Virus record (IMG/VR): IMGVR_UViG_3300046694_000315
Location: 1-64,000 of that record
Strand: one strand, 5' to 3'
DNA from: a virus
Length of the DNA stretch: 64,000 nucleotides
The translations under genes and the position numbers were made by a program. Shown here in pieces: positions 63,311 to 64,000 of this stretch. The notes under the pieces were generated by a model. The model searched no databases. It saw only the letters and a program-made list of their open reading frames with translations, and was not told where the DNA came from. How positions within the stretch are numbered: position 1 is the stretch's first letter; the number at the start of each line of letters is the position of its first letter.

Positions 63311-64000
63311 TCACGCCTTGACGGTGAACAGACCGCTGGCCTTGGCCAACTTCGTCAGCGATGCCAGGCCCGGAGCACCCTTGGCGTCGTCGCCCGTGTA
63401 GCCGCTCTTCCGGCGGAAGAGGTCGTAGCCGTCCTGCGTCTTGGTGCCCCAGGAGCCGTCCACCCACCGCGCGTCGAGGTAGCCCAGCGCCGACAGCGCC
63501 TTCTCGACGAGCAGCACGTCCGCCTTGTGGGTCGTGTGGCCGGTGGCCGCCGGGAGGTCCGCCTTGCGGGCCGCGACGACGTTGGAGACGTCCACGACCG
63601 GCTTCGCAGCGGGCTTCGGAGCCGGAGCCGGGGCGGCCGGAGCCGCCGGGGTATGAAGCGAAGGGTTCTGCGACTTCCACGCCGGGTCGGCCGACTCGAT
63701 GCCGTCCGGGTATTCCGGGTAGCCATATCCGTAGACATGCGCGTCGGTCCGGACGTGGGTCTTGGCGTAAACGCCATCCCCCTCTGCCGAACCGTTTATG
63801 TTCGTATTGCCTTCTACGCTGAAGACGTGAGTCGCGTCGAATCCGATAACGACCCCGGTGTGCTCACCTCCGCCCGGCCCGTAGAAGATTTGACTGCCGA
63901 TCGCGGGGTACGCACTGAATCGCTTCCGGGCCTTGTACCAGGAAACGCCGGTCGCGCACGAGGCGGTAACCGGGTAGGAGCCCTTCGGCAGGCCCGCCGT
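63311..64000 (-). CDS. Endolysin, partial (CHAP-type domain, Pro/Ala linker, peptidoglycan-binding domain)
   Basis: Frame is open to the window edge. GEHTGVV...VEGNT...GDGVY, then VEKAL..LGY.....DG.WG..T. Confidence 0.8.
   Translation of the reverse strand, partial: TAGLPKGSYPVTASCATGVSWYKARKRFSAYPAIGSQIFYGPGGGEHTGVVIGFDATHVFSVEGNTNINGSAEGDGVYAKTHVRTDAHVYGYGYPEYPDGIESADPAWKSQNPSLHTPAAPAAPAPAPKPAAKPVVDVSNVVAARKADLPAATGHTTHKADVLLVEKALSALGYLDARWVDGSWGTKTQDGYDLFRRKSGYTGDDAKGAPGLASLTKLAKASGLFTVKA

Larger units (their letters stand above)
953..63659 (-). repeat. Dispersed intragenic motif CTTCATA(C/T)N (sense strand); 21 coding copies plus 1 intergenic variant
   Basis: Plus-strand NNTATGAAGN at 953, 5075, 8366, 19437, 21451, 25957, 26928, 27700, 28222, 33011, 34467, 36765, 37940, 56454, 57974, 58618, 60443, 62028, 63033 and 63650; intergenic variant at 46908; inverted copy at 16842. 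Confidence 0.9.

Noticed and set aside
953-63659. LH[T/I] as a purely protein-level motif
   Set aside because: A peptide motif would use preferred CTG/CTC-CAC codons. The fixed rare CTT-CAT codons point to a nucleotide-level signal.
1-64000. Reverse transcriptase systems (DGR, retron), introns/inteins, eCIS locus
   Set aside because: No YxDD RT motif or homing endonuclease was seen, and TerL and capsid are of normal length. Capsid, portal and terminase show this is a true phage rather than a tail-only injection system.

Overview
This 64 kb window is part of a large, high-GC actinophage or prophage with a contractile tail. The host is most likely Streptomyces, judging from the XRE/DUF5753-DUF397 pair, Lsr2, HrdB-type promoters and a ydaO-type riboswitch. 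Almost all genes are on the minus strand. From left to right: tail/neck/head genes (tail chaperone, tube, sheath, N4-gp56-type capsid, scaffold, portal, collagen-like fibre, TerL); adjacent tyrosine and large serine recombinases, each with a small divergent RDF-like gene; a HicA-like gene; an XRE-DUF397 pair; MazG-like and metallophosphoesterase genes; five tRNAs interrupted by a riboswitch-controlled NlpC/P60 gene; Lsr2; an RNA repair cluster (Pnkp, Rnl1, RlaP-like); about 18 kb of small promoter-driven early-type genes; an NTase/ParB-like/HAD-like/TGT-like cluster; a lytic transglycosylase; and a partial CHAP endolysin. The most notable signals are cis-elements rather than genes. (1) An intragenic motif, CTTCATA(C/T)N, occurs 21 times, always in the sense orientation and always read as Leu-His-Thr/Ile/Met. 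(2) A 30-bp inverted repeat, YGTCAAGC-N14-GCTTGACR, lies over at least 17 promoter regions. (3) Long hairpins bury the start codons of three late-type genes. (4) There is a c-di-AMP-type riboswitch and several Crp-like boxes. (5) One tRNA-His has a long variable arm. All calls and counts were made by eye, without database searches.
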